A stretch of 64,000 nt of DNA from Nitrospinales bacterium (GTDB taxonomy: Bacteria; Nitrospinota; Nitrospinia; Nitrospinales; VA-1). The position numbers and the translations under genes are program-made. The number at the start of each line of letters is the position of its first letter. Within the stretch, counting starts at the first letter, position 1. The notes under the pieces were generated by a model. The model was not told where the DNA came from. It ran no database searches and saw nothing but the letters and a program-made list of their open reading frames with translations. Where the stretch lies: assembly GCA_965223795.1 (NCBI GenBank), contig CBDCXL010000001.1, positions 160,001 to 224,000 on the forward strand, given 5' to 3'. Positions 26,459-36,515 of this stretch are shown piece by piece.

Positions 26459-28252
26459 TCAACATTTTGTGAACACCGCCTTTTTGTCAGGCCCTCTCGA
26501 TTTCAGGCATTGACCGTCTGATCCCACCCCGAATCCCATATTGTACTCGTCCGGCCGGATCACGCTGACGGATCCCGCTTTGTTGCGGTACACGTTGCCC
26601 CAGCGCTGCACGTTGGCCAGCGCGTTGGCGCTGAGACCGAGGACCGGTGCGATGTTCACGGAGGACGGTTGCGGATGCTCGTTGCCCCAGTAGTTCACGA
26701 TGGCGCCCGCCGTGTACACGTAGGTGATCGCGTCGCAGTTGTTTGAGGGCAGGGCGTTGAACTCGTTCGCCCAGATGTTGAACGGCCCCTTGGTGCCGAG
26801 CTGGATGGTTTCGCAGTCCGCCGGATCCGGCGTCATGTGGATGCGGTTGTCGTACATGTTGACGGTGTAGCCGACGCCGGAGAAACCCAGCGGGCCGATC
26901 CGGACAAAACGGCCGCTCTGTTCCTGCAAAACTCCGGAAATGGTGATGATGTCGTTGGGATTCGAGATCCAGAAGCCGATGATGTTGCGGTACACGGCCG
27001 CATGGGTGACGCGGAAGGAACCGCCGTTTCCCGCCTGGCCGCCGCCGGTGCCGAGCGCGGTGGTCACGCAGTAGGGGCCTGCTTTGGTTTCGTCGCCGTT
27101 CCTCCAGTCGAACGCATCGTAATGCGCCTTGTTGCCCGAGCAATGGATGTTTTCGATCAGGTGCCATTTGGACTGGCTGTGTTCGAGGGAAATGGCGGCG
27201 ATCCGGTAGTTGGAGCACTCCACGTCGACGAAATGGTGCAGGCCGTTGTTGGCGTCCGGGCCCGATCCGGCGGGCGACAGGGAGCCGCCGACGGTGTTGC
27301 CGTCGATGGTTTTCCAGCATTTTTCGAGGAACCCTTCTTCCCCTCCGTCCATGCGGATGCGTTTGAACCGGATGCCGCGCGTGGTGTGGCCGGTCTTGGT
27401 CTCGATCTGTATGGCCGTCTGCAGATTCGTTTCGCTGGCGACGTGAAAATCGTGAAAGTGCGCGAACTTCACGCCGCGCAGGCGGATCAGCGGCCTGTCT
27501 GGCGGGCCCGCCCACAGGAACGTGCACCCGGACAACCCGCCGGGACGGTCGGAACCGAACGAAATGGGATGGCTGCCCGGCGTCGTGTCCCACCCGTCGA
27601 ACAGCAGCGTGTCGGTGATCCGGTATTTGCCGTGCTCGCAGAATATGGATGTGGAGACATTCTGGGCCACGGCCTGGTCGATCGCCGCCTGCCAGCAGGC
27701 CGTCGCGTCGGTGACGCCGTTTTTCGGGCAATCGGGCTGCAGGGTGTCTTCAAACCCCAGTGTGGCCGCGCCATCGTCGCCGGCCGCTCCGCCGAGTTTC
27801 GGGAAACCGGCCGCTCCAATGGCGAGATTGTATTCGTCAAATCCTTTGGACGTGATCACCGTGAGCAGGTGGGTGCCGTCCAGTATGGGATTGGCAACGC
27901 CGGTGAGATCGGCGATGACCTGGTTCGGCGCCGTGCTGATGACAGGAAGCTCGATGCCCGGATGGATGCCGCCGGAGCGGTTGCTGTTGTCACCCAGAAT
28001 GATCTTCGTGATGCCGTTTTCGTGAAGGAAATTGCCGTTGATGTCGATCAGGGTCCTGGCATCGTCCGCAGCGGCGTAGGTGATCAACGGTTTTTGCGGG
28101 TCTGTGTTGTTCGGTGTTTGTCCTGCATGCGCAGGAAGGACCGTCCAGGCCCATGCAGCCAGAATGATGAACAGGGATCGACCCGTGAGTGTCGTCATTA
28201 GTGAGCGGGAAGCTGCAACGCCGATGAAACGCGGCCACGATATGTGATTCAT
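26459..28252 (-). CDS. Exported protein with an Ig/TIG-like N-terminal region and a pectate-lyase/tailspike-like beta-helix
   Basis: Signal peptide (..PAHA), NGVTDATACWQAAID...GKYRITDTL start-of-beta-helix pattern, repetitive beta segments. Confidence 0.65.
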   Translation of the reverse strand: MNHISWPRFIGVAASRSLMTTLTGRSLFIILAAWAWTVLPAHAGQTPNNTDPQKPLITYAAADDARTLIDINGNFLHENGITKIILGDNSNRSGGIHPGIELPVISTAPNQVIADLTGVANPILDGTHLLTVITSKGFDEYNLAIGAAGFPKLGGAAGDDGAATLGFEDTLQPDCPKNGVTDATACWQAAIDQAVAQNVSTSIFCEHGKYRITDTLLFDGWDTTPGSHPISFGSDRPGGLSGCTFLWAGPPDRPLIRLRGVKFAHFHDFHVASETNLQTAIQIETKTGHTTRGIRFKRIRMDGGEEGFLEKCWKTIDGNTVGGSLSPAGSGPDANNGLHHFVDVECSNYRIAAISLEHSQSKWHLIENIHCSGNKAHYDAFDWRNGDETKAGPYCVTTALGTGGGQAGNGGSFRVTHAAVYRNIIGFWISNPNDIITISGVLQEQSGRFVRIGPLGFSGVGYTVNMYDNRIHMTPDPADCETIQLGTKGPFNIWANEFNALPSNNCDAITYVYTAGAIVNYWGNEHPQPSSVNIAPVLGLSANALANVQRWGNVYRNKAGSVSVIRPDEYNMGFGVGSDGQCLKSRGPDKKAVFTKC

Positions 28253-28867
28253 GTCTATTCCTTAAGCAAGTATCTATTTCCGGATTTTGGAATGGAACGG
28301 GTAGCGGGTTGGACACACGGTCATGTGTGCGGAGCTTTTTAACTTAGAAAATAGATGTTAATAGTAAGGTCTGACTTTTTTTATTTATCGTCAACCTTCA
28401 TAGTAAGTTGATAAATATTTTCTTAAATTAATGTGATCCGCGCCCTTGTTACGGGCTGTTGCAGCGGCAAGCTTTTGCAATCCAGTGAGTTGTGTGTATC
28501 GGAACAATTCGGGTGGAGCCGATATCATATGCGCACTGTCTTGTCCTTCCTGTGGGTTCCTGTTTTCCCAATAAGGACCGATTCCCAATCGACTGAAGCA
28601 CATTCACTCTCCTGTCATGGTTTGTTCGATAGTGGAATCATGATTCGAATGATTTTCATTTTTTCGGGTCTGGTTTACTGTATGCCCAATTCAAGAAGCA
28701 GATTTCGCAGTCAAAGATCTTTTCCGCTTTTCTCCTTAAAAAAGCTGTGAGAAGGCTTGGTTTTGTTGAAGCCGGTGAGTTGGGGGGATGCGATTGCCGG
28801 ACTCCGATGGAGTCAAACCTTCTCCGCCTTTTTATCCTTTTTCTCCTCGAAATTACGGGATTTCCCT

Positions 28868-29101
28868 TCAGGTCTTCTTTTTCATTTGCCCAGGGGCGGG
28901 TGCGCCGTATTGTGCGGTGAACTCCTTGAATACGGCATCCAGCTCGCCGCTGTCGGCGATGCGGTCGAGGTTTTTCAGCAGGATGGTGAGGCAGTCGTTG
29001 TTGCTGAAGTGATAGGACGCGTTCAGTTTGCGCAGATTCTGATAGGCGGTTTCGGATAGTGCGGCCTGGAATCGTTTGGGAAGCGGAAACCGTTTTTTCA
29101 T
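28868..29101 (-). CDS. Small hypothetical protein, ribbon-helix-helix-like
   Basis: RFQAALSETAYQNLRKL..SNNDCLTILL beta-helix-helix pattern. Confidence 0.5.
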   Translation of the reverse strand: MKKRFPLPKRFQAALSETAYQNLRKLNASYHFSNNDCLTILLKNLDRIADSGELDAVFKEFTAQYGAPAPGQMKKKT

Positions 29102-29170
29102 GCGGTCAGGTCGCGGACGTGTGGGCGACCGATGGGGAGCGGGATCTCTCCCTGGCATCGGCGGGGAAGC

Positions 29171-29446
29171 TCAGAGGCCGTGCTTTTTCAACTCGTCCTC
29201 GTAGTGCCTCTGGTACAGCACTTCCCATTCGGGTGTGCCCTCGCGCAGGTTTTTGGAGTAGGAGTTTACAATCCTGCGGGCTTCGTCGTCGGCCCTGTCG
29301 TCGATTTTCAGGATATCGGTCATCACGCGGGCGATTTCCAGGCGGATGTCGTTGAGATCCTCTTTGTAGTCCAGTTCTTCCCGCTTCTCGAAATCCCTCA
29401 CGAGCAGACTGCTGATGTGGTTGATTTTTTCCCGGCTGATTTTCAT
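29171..29446 (-). CDS. DUF507 family protein
   Basis: MKISREKINHIS...EGTPEWEVLYQRHYEDEL; paired with the neighbouring DUF507-like gene. Confidence 0.75.
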   Translation of the reverse strand: MKISREKINHISSLLVRDFEKREELDYKEDLNDIRLEIARVMTDILKIDDRADDEARRIVNSYSKNLREGTPEWEVLYQRHYEDELKKHGL

Positions 29447-29459
29447 GGCAGATCCTGAC

Positions 29460-29741
29460 TTATAAGATGAGGCCGCGTTCGCGCACGAGCTTGGATTTGA
29501 CCAGCTGGAACGCGCGCCCGAAATCCATCATGTTGCGTTCGTAATCTTTGGTTTTGGATTCGAGCAGCATCTTGACTTCTTCATTGAGCCTGTCTTCCAC
29601 CATCAGGTCTTCGATGATGATGTGGTTGACGATGGCCTCCAGTTTTTCAGGCCGGTCCTCCCAGACCAGCATTTCTTTTTTGATCAGCGTCTGGACAATT
29701 TCCTTTGCCATGTGATCGACGAGTTCTTTTCTTATTCTCAT
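29460..29741 (-). CDS. DUF507 family protein
   Basis: MRIRKELVDHMA...EDRLNEEV...KSKLVRERGLIL. Confidence 0.78.
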   Translation of the reverse strand: MRIRKELVDHMAKEIVQTLIKKEMLVWEDRPEKLEAIVNHIIIEDLMVEDRLNEEVKMLLESKTKDYERNMMDFGRAFQLVKSKLVRERGLIL

Positions 29742-29807
29742 GAATTCTTTCTGGTTTGGTTTTAGGTTCCGTTTGGCCTTCCGCTTCGGAGAGCCCGCGG
29801 GAAACAG

Positions 29808-29880
29808 AGCGGGAGACGGGGTTCGAACCCGCGACATTCAGCTTGGGAAGCTGACACTCTACCAACTGAGCTACTCCCGC
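29808..29880 (-). tRNA. tRNA-Gly (CCC), CCA not encoded
   Basis: Minus strand GCGGGAGTAGCTCAGTTGGTAGAGTGTCAGCTTCCCAAGCTGAATGTCGCGGGTTCGAACCCCGTCTCCCGCT. Confidence 0.95.
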
Positions 29881-29905
29881 AGGTTGTGTGAGGATGCGGC
29901 GGCTT

Positions 29906-30094
29906 TCAACCGTCCCGGTCACCCAGGATCAGGATCAGGTTGTCTCCCGTGACGTGGATGTCGAGGATCCGGATCTTTTTTTCGTGGATTTCGGCGATGG
30001 CCCGATTGACCATGGTTTCTATGGCTTCCGCGTTTTCCTCCATGATGTTGATCACCTTCACTCCGGAAATTTTCTGCCCAGAATCCAGTCCCAT
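29906..30094 (-). CDS. Small hypothetical protein
   Basis: 62-aa ORF with AGAGG RBS and a protein-like beta-alpha-beta-beta pattern. Confidence 0.6.
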   Translation of the reverse strand: MGLDSGQKISGVKVINIMEENAEAIETMVNRAIAEIHEKKIRILDIHVTGDNLILILGDRDG

Positions 30095-30537
30095 TGCGCC
30101 TCTTGATCGCCCGCGTCGAACATCGAAACATCCTCTTATTGGTTAAAAATCCCCTTGATATATAAAGAGAAACGGATGTCGGAACGGCATATTCTTAAAT
30201 TTTTGCCATTATCCGATATTTGTGGGGAGTAATCAATTATTATGTTGGACACAAATCGACCGTTGCGTGCGGTGCTTCACAACGTCCGCAAGAAAGCGTC
30301 TGCCAGGTGTCGCGCGAAGCGCATCCGGCGTCCGGCCGCGCTGCATACCGGGGCCCGCGAATGTTATTGAATTCGCGGACGGGTTTCATGTAGTATGGTT
30401 TCACTGAGCATTCAGACTTTAAGCCATTGAAACGTATAAGTTTGTTCAATGGATCGAAGCGAAGGCGCCGCAACCGGATTTGCGCGGCAAAACCTTTGCG
30501 ATCATCCGGTAACCGGCCTTAACCCGAGCTTACGCCT

Positions 30538-31425
30538 GTGGTCCGACCCGTCAATTTCACTGAAAAGATCCCGATCAGCCACCATCTGATCGAACTGCGC
30601 GACCGGTTCGTCGTCGTGGCGATCGTGGTGGCGTTTTTCTTCGGCCTCAGTTTTTTGCTCATCGACTTTCTGCTGCTCTGGCTGGAAGACCCGCTGCCGC
30701 GCCAGTTCGCCGAACTGACCTTCATCACTCCCACGGAACCTTTTTTCACTTCCATGAAGGTCTCCTTCATGAGTTCGCTGTTCATCTCCATGCCGGTGAT
30801 CCTGTATCACGTCTGGGGCTTCATCTCGCCCGGACTGAAGGTGAAGGAGAAAAAGATCACCGCCATGTTCGTCGGCTTCGGCACGTTCTTTTTCCTCATG
30901 GGCGGGGTGTTCTGTTATTTCCTGGTGCTGCCGCTGGGGCTCAAGTTTCTGCTGAACTGGGGCGTGCAATGGTGGAAGATGCAGGTGACGATCGGGTTTT
31001 ATTTTTCCTTCGTCGTCAAGCTCATGCTGGCGTTCGCGTTCGCGTTCCAGACGCCGCTGCTGATGGTGCTGCTCACCAAGTTCGGCGTCGCCAACACGGT
31101 GAAGATGCGCATGTACCGCAAATGGGCGTTTCTCGGCATGTTCGCCATGGCCGCGGTGCTCACGCCACCGGACATCATCACCCAGGTCCTGCTCGCGGTG
31201 CCGCTCTACTGCCTGTATGAATTCGGCGTCGTCGTCTCCACGTTCTTCGAGGACCCCAAAAACCGCGCCGCCGTGTACCAGCAGATGCGCGAGCAGGAAG
31301 CCGCCAAGAAAGCCGCGCGCGAAGCCGCCTACCGGGCGAAGCAGGAAGAATCGACCGGCAAGAAGGTCACCCGCAAGGTGGTGAAAAAAGTCGTGCGCAA
31401 AGTGAAGAAGGACCCCGCCCGCTAA
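30538..31425 (+). CDS. tatC: Twin-arginine translocase subunit TatC
   Basis: HLIELRDR, PTEPFF, FISPGL, FQTP, LTPPD, LYE. Confidence 0.93.
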   Translation: MVRPVNFTEKIPISHHLIELRDRFVVVAIVVAFFFGLSFLLIDFLLLWLEDPLPRQFAELTFITPTEPFFTSMKVSFMSSLFISMPVILYHVWGFISPGLKVKEKKITAMFVGFGTFFFLMGGVFCYFLVLPLGLKFLLNWGVQWWKMQVTIGFYFSFVVKLMLAFAFAFQTPLLMVLLTKFGVANTVKMRMYRKWAFLGMFAMAAVLTPPDIITQVLLAVPLYCLYEFGVVVSTFFEDPKNRAAVYQQMREQEAAKKAAREAAYRAKQEESTGKKVTRKVVKKVVRKVKKDPAR

Positions 31426-31488
31426 GAGTGACCTGAATCGCGCGGCAGAGTGTGAACCTGCTTCATTTCTAAAACAGCAACCCCACCT

Positions 31489-32187
31489 TTAAAACAAAAA
31501 CACAACCAGTGTGATCAGTCGCGGGTAGACGGTCGCGACGAGGTGGCCCGCCAGCGCGCAGCAGGCGTGGAAGACCCAGGAGGCGTACAGGGTTCCCGTG
31601 GCGCGGAACAGAAACGCCGTGATCCCGCCCAGCAGGAACAGGCCGAGACTCAGTTTGAACTGCGCCAGCGTGAACAGAACGGCGACGGCGTACACCATGA
31701 GCACCGGGTTGAAGCGGCGCGACAGCCCCTGCAGTACGAAGCCGTTGAAAAACGCCTGCTGGATGAGCGGCGCGATCAGCACCGAGACGGCGAGCGCGAG
31801 CCAGCCCGTATGCGGCAGGTCCCGTGCGGCTGCGGCGCGTTCGGCGTTTTTGAAAAGCTCGTGCTCGGCCAGCCCCGAAAGGGCGATCATGGTGTCGAGA
31901 GCGGGGAGCGTGAGCAGCACGCCCACCCCCAGAACCCCGCCGATCGTCAGGTGATTCAACAGGTGCTCTCTGGAAAAACCCAGCTGCCGCCAATCGATTT
32001 TTTTGAGCGCGATCAGCAGACCGGGCACCGCCGCCATGTAAAGCACGAATGCGTATTGAGACAGTAATGGATAGAGCCGGAAAACGATGCGCACCGCCGG
32101 AAACAAAAGCAGGAAATAAACCGCTAACGCTATTATGGGAAGTTTGGCGCTCCAGGTTCCCGTCCACTCGCAGCGTTTGAGGATCAC
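31489..32187 (-). CDS. CPBP/Abi (CAAX protease-like) membrane protein with degenerate motifs
   Basis: Multi-TM; APLIQQAFFNG, FTLAQ and GTLYASWVFH occupy the CPBP motif positions. Confidence 0.7.
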   Translation of the reverse strand: MILKRCEWTGTWSAKLPIIALAVYFLLLFPAVRIVFRLYPLLSQYAFVLYMAAVPGLLIALKKIDWRQLGFSREHLLNHLTIGGVLGVGVLLTLPALDTMIALSGLAEHELFKNAERAAAARDLPHTGWLALAVSVLIAPLIQQAFFNGFVLQGLSRRFNPVLMVYAVAVLFTLAQFKLSLGLFLLGGITAFLFRATGTLYASWVFHACCALAGHLVATVYPRLITLVVFLF

Positions 32188-32223
32188 GGCGTCATCTCCC
32201 GGAGGATGGAGGCTGCCGGCCGT

Positions 32224-32508
32224 TCAGGGCAGTGATGGTTCGGGCTGGGGGACGCCGGACAAGTGCGGTGTGGTGGCGGCGGCAGGGGTGTCCGCGCCGC
32301 TGATGTGTTCGATGCGGTTGCGCACTTCCTGAACGGATTCAGCGCCGGGGCTGCCGCTGATGTGGACCCAGTGGTACTGATCCAGCGTGCGGTTCTGCGT
32401 CTTCTGGGAAGCGGTGATCTCGCTTTTGAGCAGGTTGGCGTTGAGATAGAAGCCGCCGAAAATCAGGGCGGAGAGGATGCAGGATTCGATGAACACGTTT
32501 TTCCACAT
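32224..32508 (-). CDS. Hypothetical membrane-anchored protein
   Basis: 94-aa ORF with an N-terminal TM helix. Confidence 0.5.
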   Translation of the reverse strand: MWKNVFIESCILSALIFGGFYLNANLLKSEITASQKTQNRTLDQYHWVHISGSPGAESVQEVRNRIEHISGADTPAAATTPHLSGVPQPEPSLP

Positions 32509-32640
32509 AAAAAACTAGTTTTCAAGTGGTTATAAAACTTTCCCAGTTTAGAACGTCTTGTGCGAAAATTCAATCGCAAACACTTGGGAGCGCGGTTGCA
32601 GGCCTTCTCTTAAGGCAAACTCAAGCGGATTATAATGGAA

Positions 32641-32669
32641 TTGACAAACTCTTGTTCTTTATTTACTAT
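32641..32669 (+). promoter_or_regulatory. Sigma-70 promoter of rpiB-glyA-nrdR
   Basis: TTGACA-N17-TACTAT in an AT-rich tract. Confidence 0.65.
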
Positions 32670-32864
32670 CCGTTTTTGTAATAAAATGATTTTATTGACC
32701 TAATTTTATTTTCACCAGCCCCGGACGGGCGACAGGCAATGCGGCCCTCCGGAAAACAGTTGTTCGGTCAATTCCGTTTTCTTCTCCACGGTACCCGCGG
32801 CTGCAGCGAGAGCGCGGGTTCCCGCACCTGAATCGAGCCCAGATAGGGCTTCCAGAGAACCAAA

Positions 32865-33350
32865 ATGAAAAAGCTTGCCATCGCGTCCGACCACGCCGGG
32901 TACGATCTGAAGGAAAGTGTTCTCTCGCATTTGCGGGACAAAGGCATTGCCGTGGAGGATTTCGGCCCCGGCAACACCGATTCGGTGGATTATCCCGATT
33001 ACGGCATTCCGCTGGCCAAAGCGATCCTCGACGATAAGATCGAGCGCGGCATCGTGATCTGCGGCACCGGCGTGGGGATGTCCATCGTCGTCAACCGCTT
33101 TCCGGGCATCCGCGGGACGCTGTGCTCGGACGTGTACACAGCCAAGGTGTGCCGCGCCCACAACGATTCGAACATCCTCATCCTCGGCGGCCGGGTGATC
33201 GGCACCGGCCTGGCGCACGAGATCGTCGATGTCTGGCTCGACACGCCTTTCGACGGCGGCCGCCACCAGAGACGGCTGGACAAGATCAAGGCCATCGACC
33301 GGTCCATGCAGGATCAGGACGAGCAAGTCAACGTGAAAGGAGAACTGTAA
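32865..33350 (+). CDS. rpiB: Ribose 5-phosphate isomerase B
   Basis: ASDHAG, DYPD, CGTGVG, HNDSN, GGRHQRR. Confidence 0.95.
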   Translation: MKKLAIASDHAGYDLKESVLSHLRDKGIAVEDFGPGNTDSVDYPDYGIPLAKAILDDKIERGIVICGTGVGMSIVVNRFPGIRGTLCSDVYTAKVCRAHNDSNILILGGRVIGTGLAHEIVDVWLDTPFDGGRHQRRLDKIKAIDRSMQDQDEQVNVKGEL

Positions 33351-33351
33351 G

Positions 33352-34602
33352 TTGTCACTCTTGGAATTCGATCCGGAAATCGCCCAGGCCATCAAAGGAG
33401 AAACCGACCGCGAACACTTCACGCTGGAGATGATCGCCTCGGAAAATTTCGTCAGCCCGCAGGTGCTGGAAGCGCTGGGCTCGGTCATGACGAACAAGTA
33501 CGCCGAGGGCTACCCCGGCAAGCGCTATTACGGCGGCTGCGAGTACGTGGACGTGGCCGAGAACCTGGCCATCGAACGCGCCAAAAAGATATTCGGCGCC
33601 GAGCACGCCAACGTGCAGCCGCATTCGGGCTCGCAGGCCAACATGGCGGTGTACCACACGATCCTCAAGCCGGGCGACACGGTGCTGGGCATGAACCTCT
33701 CGCACGGCGGGCACCTGACGCACGGCAGCCCGGTGAATTTTTCCGGCTACACCTACAACGTGGTGGCCTACGGCGTCAATGAAAAGACCGAACTCATCGA
33801 CTACGACGACGTGTTCAAGCAGGCGAAGGAGCACAAGCCGAAAATGATCATCGTCGGCGGCAGCGCCTACCCGAGGATCATCGACGCGGTCAGATTCCGC
33901 GAGATCGCCGACGCCGTCGGCGCGAAGATCATGACCGACATCGCGCATCCGGCCGGGCTGGTCGCGGCGGGGCTGTACCCGTCGCCGGTGCCGCATTCGG
34001 AGTTCGTCACCACCACCACGCACAAGACCCTGCGCGGACCGCGCGGCGGCATGATCCTGTGCAAGCAGGAATTCGCCAAGGAGGTGAACAAGCGGATCTT
34101 CCCCGGCATCCAGGGCGGCCCGCTCATGCACGTGATCGCCGCGAAAGCGGTGGCGTTCAAGGAAGCGCTGAGCGAGGGGTTCGTCGAATACCAGAAGCAG
34201 GTGATCGCCAACGCGCAGGCGCTGGCGGAGTGCCTGATGGGCAAAGGCTACAAGATCGTCAGCGGCGGCACCGACACGCACCTCATGCTGGTGGATCTGA
34301 GAAAACAGGACATCACCGGCAAGGACGCCGAGCAGGCGCTGGAATTAGCCGGCATCACCGTGAACAAGAACACGGTGCCGTTCGAGACGCGCAGCCCGTT
34401 CGTGACTTCGGGCATCCGCATCGGCACGCCGGCGCTGACGACGCGGGGCATGAAGGAAAAGGAGATGGAAACCATCGGGGGCTGGATCCACGAGACCCTG
34501 ACCCGGATCGAGGACGAAGACGTGCATACGAAAACCCGCCAGAAGGTCCGCGAACTGTGCGAACAGTTCCCCCTCAATCTGGAACTCTCAAGCAAGTGCT
34601 AG
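33352..34602 (+). CDS. glyA: Serine hydroxymethyltransferase
   Basis: [44 protein letters not shown] start. Confidence 0.97.
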   Translation: MSLLEFDPEIAQAIKGETDREHFTLEMIASENFVSPQVLEALGSVMTNKYAEGYPGKRYYGGCEYVDVAENLAIERAKKIFGAEHANVQPHSGSQANMAVYHTILKPGDTVLGMNLSHGGHLTHGSPVNFSGYTYNVVAYGVNEKTELIDYDDVFKQAKEHKPKMIIVGGSAYPRIIDAVRFREIADAVGAKIMTDIAHPAGLVAAGLYPSPVPHSEFVTTTTHKTLRGPRGGMILCKQEFAKEVNKRIFPGIQGGPLMHVIAAKAVAFKEALSEGFVEYQKQVIANAQALAECLMGKGYKIVSGGTDTHLMLVDLRKQDITGKDAEQALELAGITVNKNTVPFETRSPFVTSGIRIGTPALTTRGMKEKEMETIGGWIHETLTRIEDEDVHTKTRQKVRELCEQFPLNLELSSKC

Positions 34603-34609
34603 ACCGCAG

Positions 34610-35095
34610 ATGAAATGCCCCGCCTGTTCCAACATGGAAAATAAAGTCATCGATTCCCGCCTGAACAAGGAAGGGGACATCATCCGCCGCAGGCGCGAGT
34701 GCCTGAGCTGCGAGGAGCGCTTCACCACCTACGAGCGGGTGGAAAAATCGCTGCCGTTCGTGGTGAAAAAGGACGGCAGGCGGGAGGAGTTCAACCGGGA
34801 AAAGATCCTCAGCGGCGTCAAGAAGGCCTGCCAGAAGCGGCCGATCAGCATCGAGAAGGTGGAAGGCCTGGTGGAACGGGTGGAGCAGCATTTCCAGGAC
34901 CTCGGCGAGAAGGAAATCTCCGCCGTCGCCGTCGGCGAGAAGGTGGTGAAGGAACTCTACGGTCTGGACGACGTCGCCTACGTGCGCTTCGCTTCCGTGT
35001 ACCGCTCGTTCAAGGACGTGAACGAATTCATGGTCGAGCTGAAGGAAGTCCTGAAGGACAAGCAGGGCGAAAAGGACACCGACCGGCTGCAGTGA
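34610..35095 (+). CDS. nrdR: Transcriptional repressor NrdR
   Basis: MKCPAC...VIDSR...RRRREC..RFTTYE, ATP cone, YVRFASVY. Confidence 0.96.
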   Translation: MKCPACSNMENKVIDSRLNKEGDIIRRRRECLSCEERFTTYERVEKSLPFVVKKDGRREEFNREKILSGVKKACQKRPISIEKVEGLVERVEQHFQDLGEKEISAVAVGEKVVKELYGLDDVAYVRFASVYRSFKDVNEFMVELKEVLKDKQGEKDTDRLQ

Positions 35096-35137
35096 CGTTG
35101 TTCCCCGCACACCGCATTTGGAAACGGCGTTTCATTC

Positions 35138-35491
35138 ATGAGCGCAGGCTCCCGCAAAAAATCAGCCACTCAAACCGCGAAGGGGCGCGGCCAAACCCGC
35201 CTGCCGCGGGAACCGCGTTTTTCGGTGAGCGGCGTTGTGGAAATATTCCAGGTCGAGAAACCGTGGGTCTACGTGCGCGTGCCGAAAGCGCACACCCGGC
35301 AGACGCGGGAGTTCGCGGACCGGGGTCTGGTGCCCGTCACCGTCACTTTGGGCGAAAGCAGCTGGGACACCTCGCTGATGCCGATGGGGGACGGGACCCA
35401 GTTCATCCCCCTGAGCGCCAAGGTGCGCAAGGCGGAGGGCGTCGCCGTCGGCGGGAGGGTCCGGCTACACTATATTTTGAGGAAACGCTGA
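35138..35491 (+). CDS. DUF1905 family protein
   Basis: WVYVRVP...VPVTVTLG..WDTSLMP..IPLSAKVRKAEG. Confidence 0.75.
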   Translation: MSAGSRKKSATQTAKGRGQTRLPREPRFSVSGVVEIFQVEKPWVYVRVPKAHTRQTREFADRGLVPVTVTLGESSWDTSLMPMGDGTQFIPLSAKVRKAEGVAVGGRVRLHYILRKR

Positions 35492-35724
35492 GATTCCCGG
35501 CAATTCCCCGATCCCGTTTTTCCCCGCCTGAACGCATCTCGCCGTTGAATCCCTGTTTACAAAATGTTACGATAATTTGATAGTAAGATATTAAAAATAC
35601 CCGCTTTATCGGGCTTTTGCCGATTTTGGGCCCGGCCGGGGCGGGGGAAAAGACGGAGTTCGCACCGCTTTTCCGATTCGCGCACTGAAGATGCAGTCAC
35701 TCCTGCCCGGATGAATGGGCGGTT

Positions 35725-36513
35725 ATGGGAACGGCCGTGTTCCAAATTTCCTTGTTCAGCTATCTCGGGGCTTCCCTCGGGTATTTCGTTTATCTGGTCT
35801 ACCGCAAACCGTTCGTGTCCACCGCCGCCACTGTGACGGTGGCCGTGGGGCTTTTGGCCCAAACGGTCTGGCTGGGGCTGCGCTCCATGCAGACGGGGCA
35901 CGGGCCGTACACCAACTCGTTCGAGATCGCGATGTTTTTCTCGTGGCTCATCGTGGTGGTGTATTTCGTGACCGAATGGAAGTACCGCATCAAGGACCTG
36001 GGGGCGTTCGTGCTGCCGCTGGTGTTCCTGGTGGTTCTGTTCTCCGGATTTCTGTCCAAGGAAGTGGACATGGTGGAGAAGGGGCAGGCGGATTTCTGGC
36101 TGACGCTGCACCGCACGCTATCGGTGCTGGGATACGCGGCATTTACCATCGCCTTTGCGGCGGGGATCATGTATCTTTTCCAGGAACATCAGGTCAAATC
36201 GAAGAAGCTCGGCATCCTGTATTTCCGGATGCCGTCTCTGGAAGTGCTGGACAACCTCAACGAAAAAGCCATCACCATCGGGTTTCCCCTGTTCACGCTG
36301 GGCTTCATGACCGGCTCTTTGTGGCAGGTGCAGTTGAACGAACCGATGCTGGCCTGGGAGCCGTTCAAGACCTGGCCGCTGGTGCTGGTGTGGTTCGTCT
36401 ACGGGGCGATGTTTTTCGGCCGGCTGTTTTCCGGCGTGCGCGGCAAGAAAGCGGCGCAGGGGGCGATCCTGGGTTTTGTGATGGTCATCGTCACTTACTT
36501 CATGCACGTGTGA
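35725..36513 (+). CDS. ccsA: Cytochrome c biogenesis protein CcsA-like
   Basis: Multi-TM, WLTLH, PSLEVLD, GFPLFTLG, W-x-P-x-K; directly upstream of hemA. Confidence 0.82.
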   Translation: MGTAVFQISLFSYLGASLGYFVYLVYRKPFVSTAATVTVAVGLLAQTVWLGLRSMQTGHGPYTNSFEIAMFFSWLIVVVYFVTEWKYRIKDLGAFVLPLVFLVVLFSGFLSKEVDMVEKGQADFWLTLHRTLSVLGYAAFTIAFAAGIMYLFQEHQVKSKKLGILYFRMPSLEVLDNLNEKAITIGFPLFTLGFMTGSLWQVQLNEPMLAWEPFKTWPLVLVWFVYGAMFFGRLFSGVRGKKAAQGAILGFVMVIVTYFMHV

Positions 36514-36515
36514 AC

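Noticed and set aside
35715..36515. 691-aa HemA with a long N-terminal domain
   Set aside because: The extension is an alternative frame over ccsA; HemA begins at 36516
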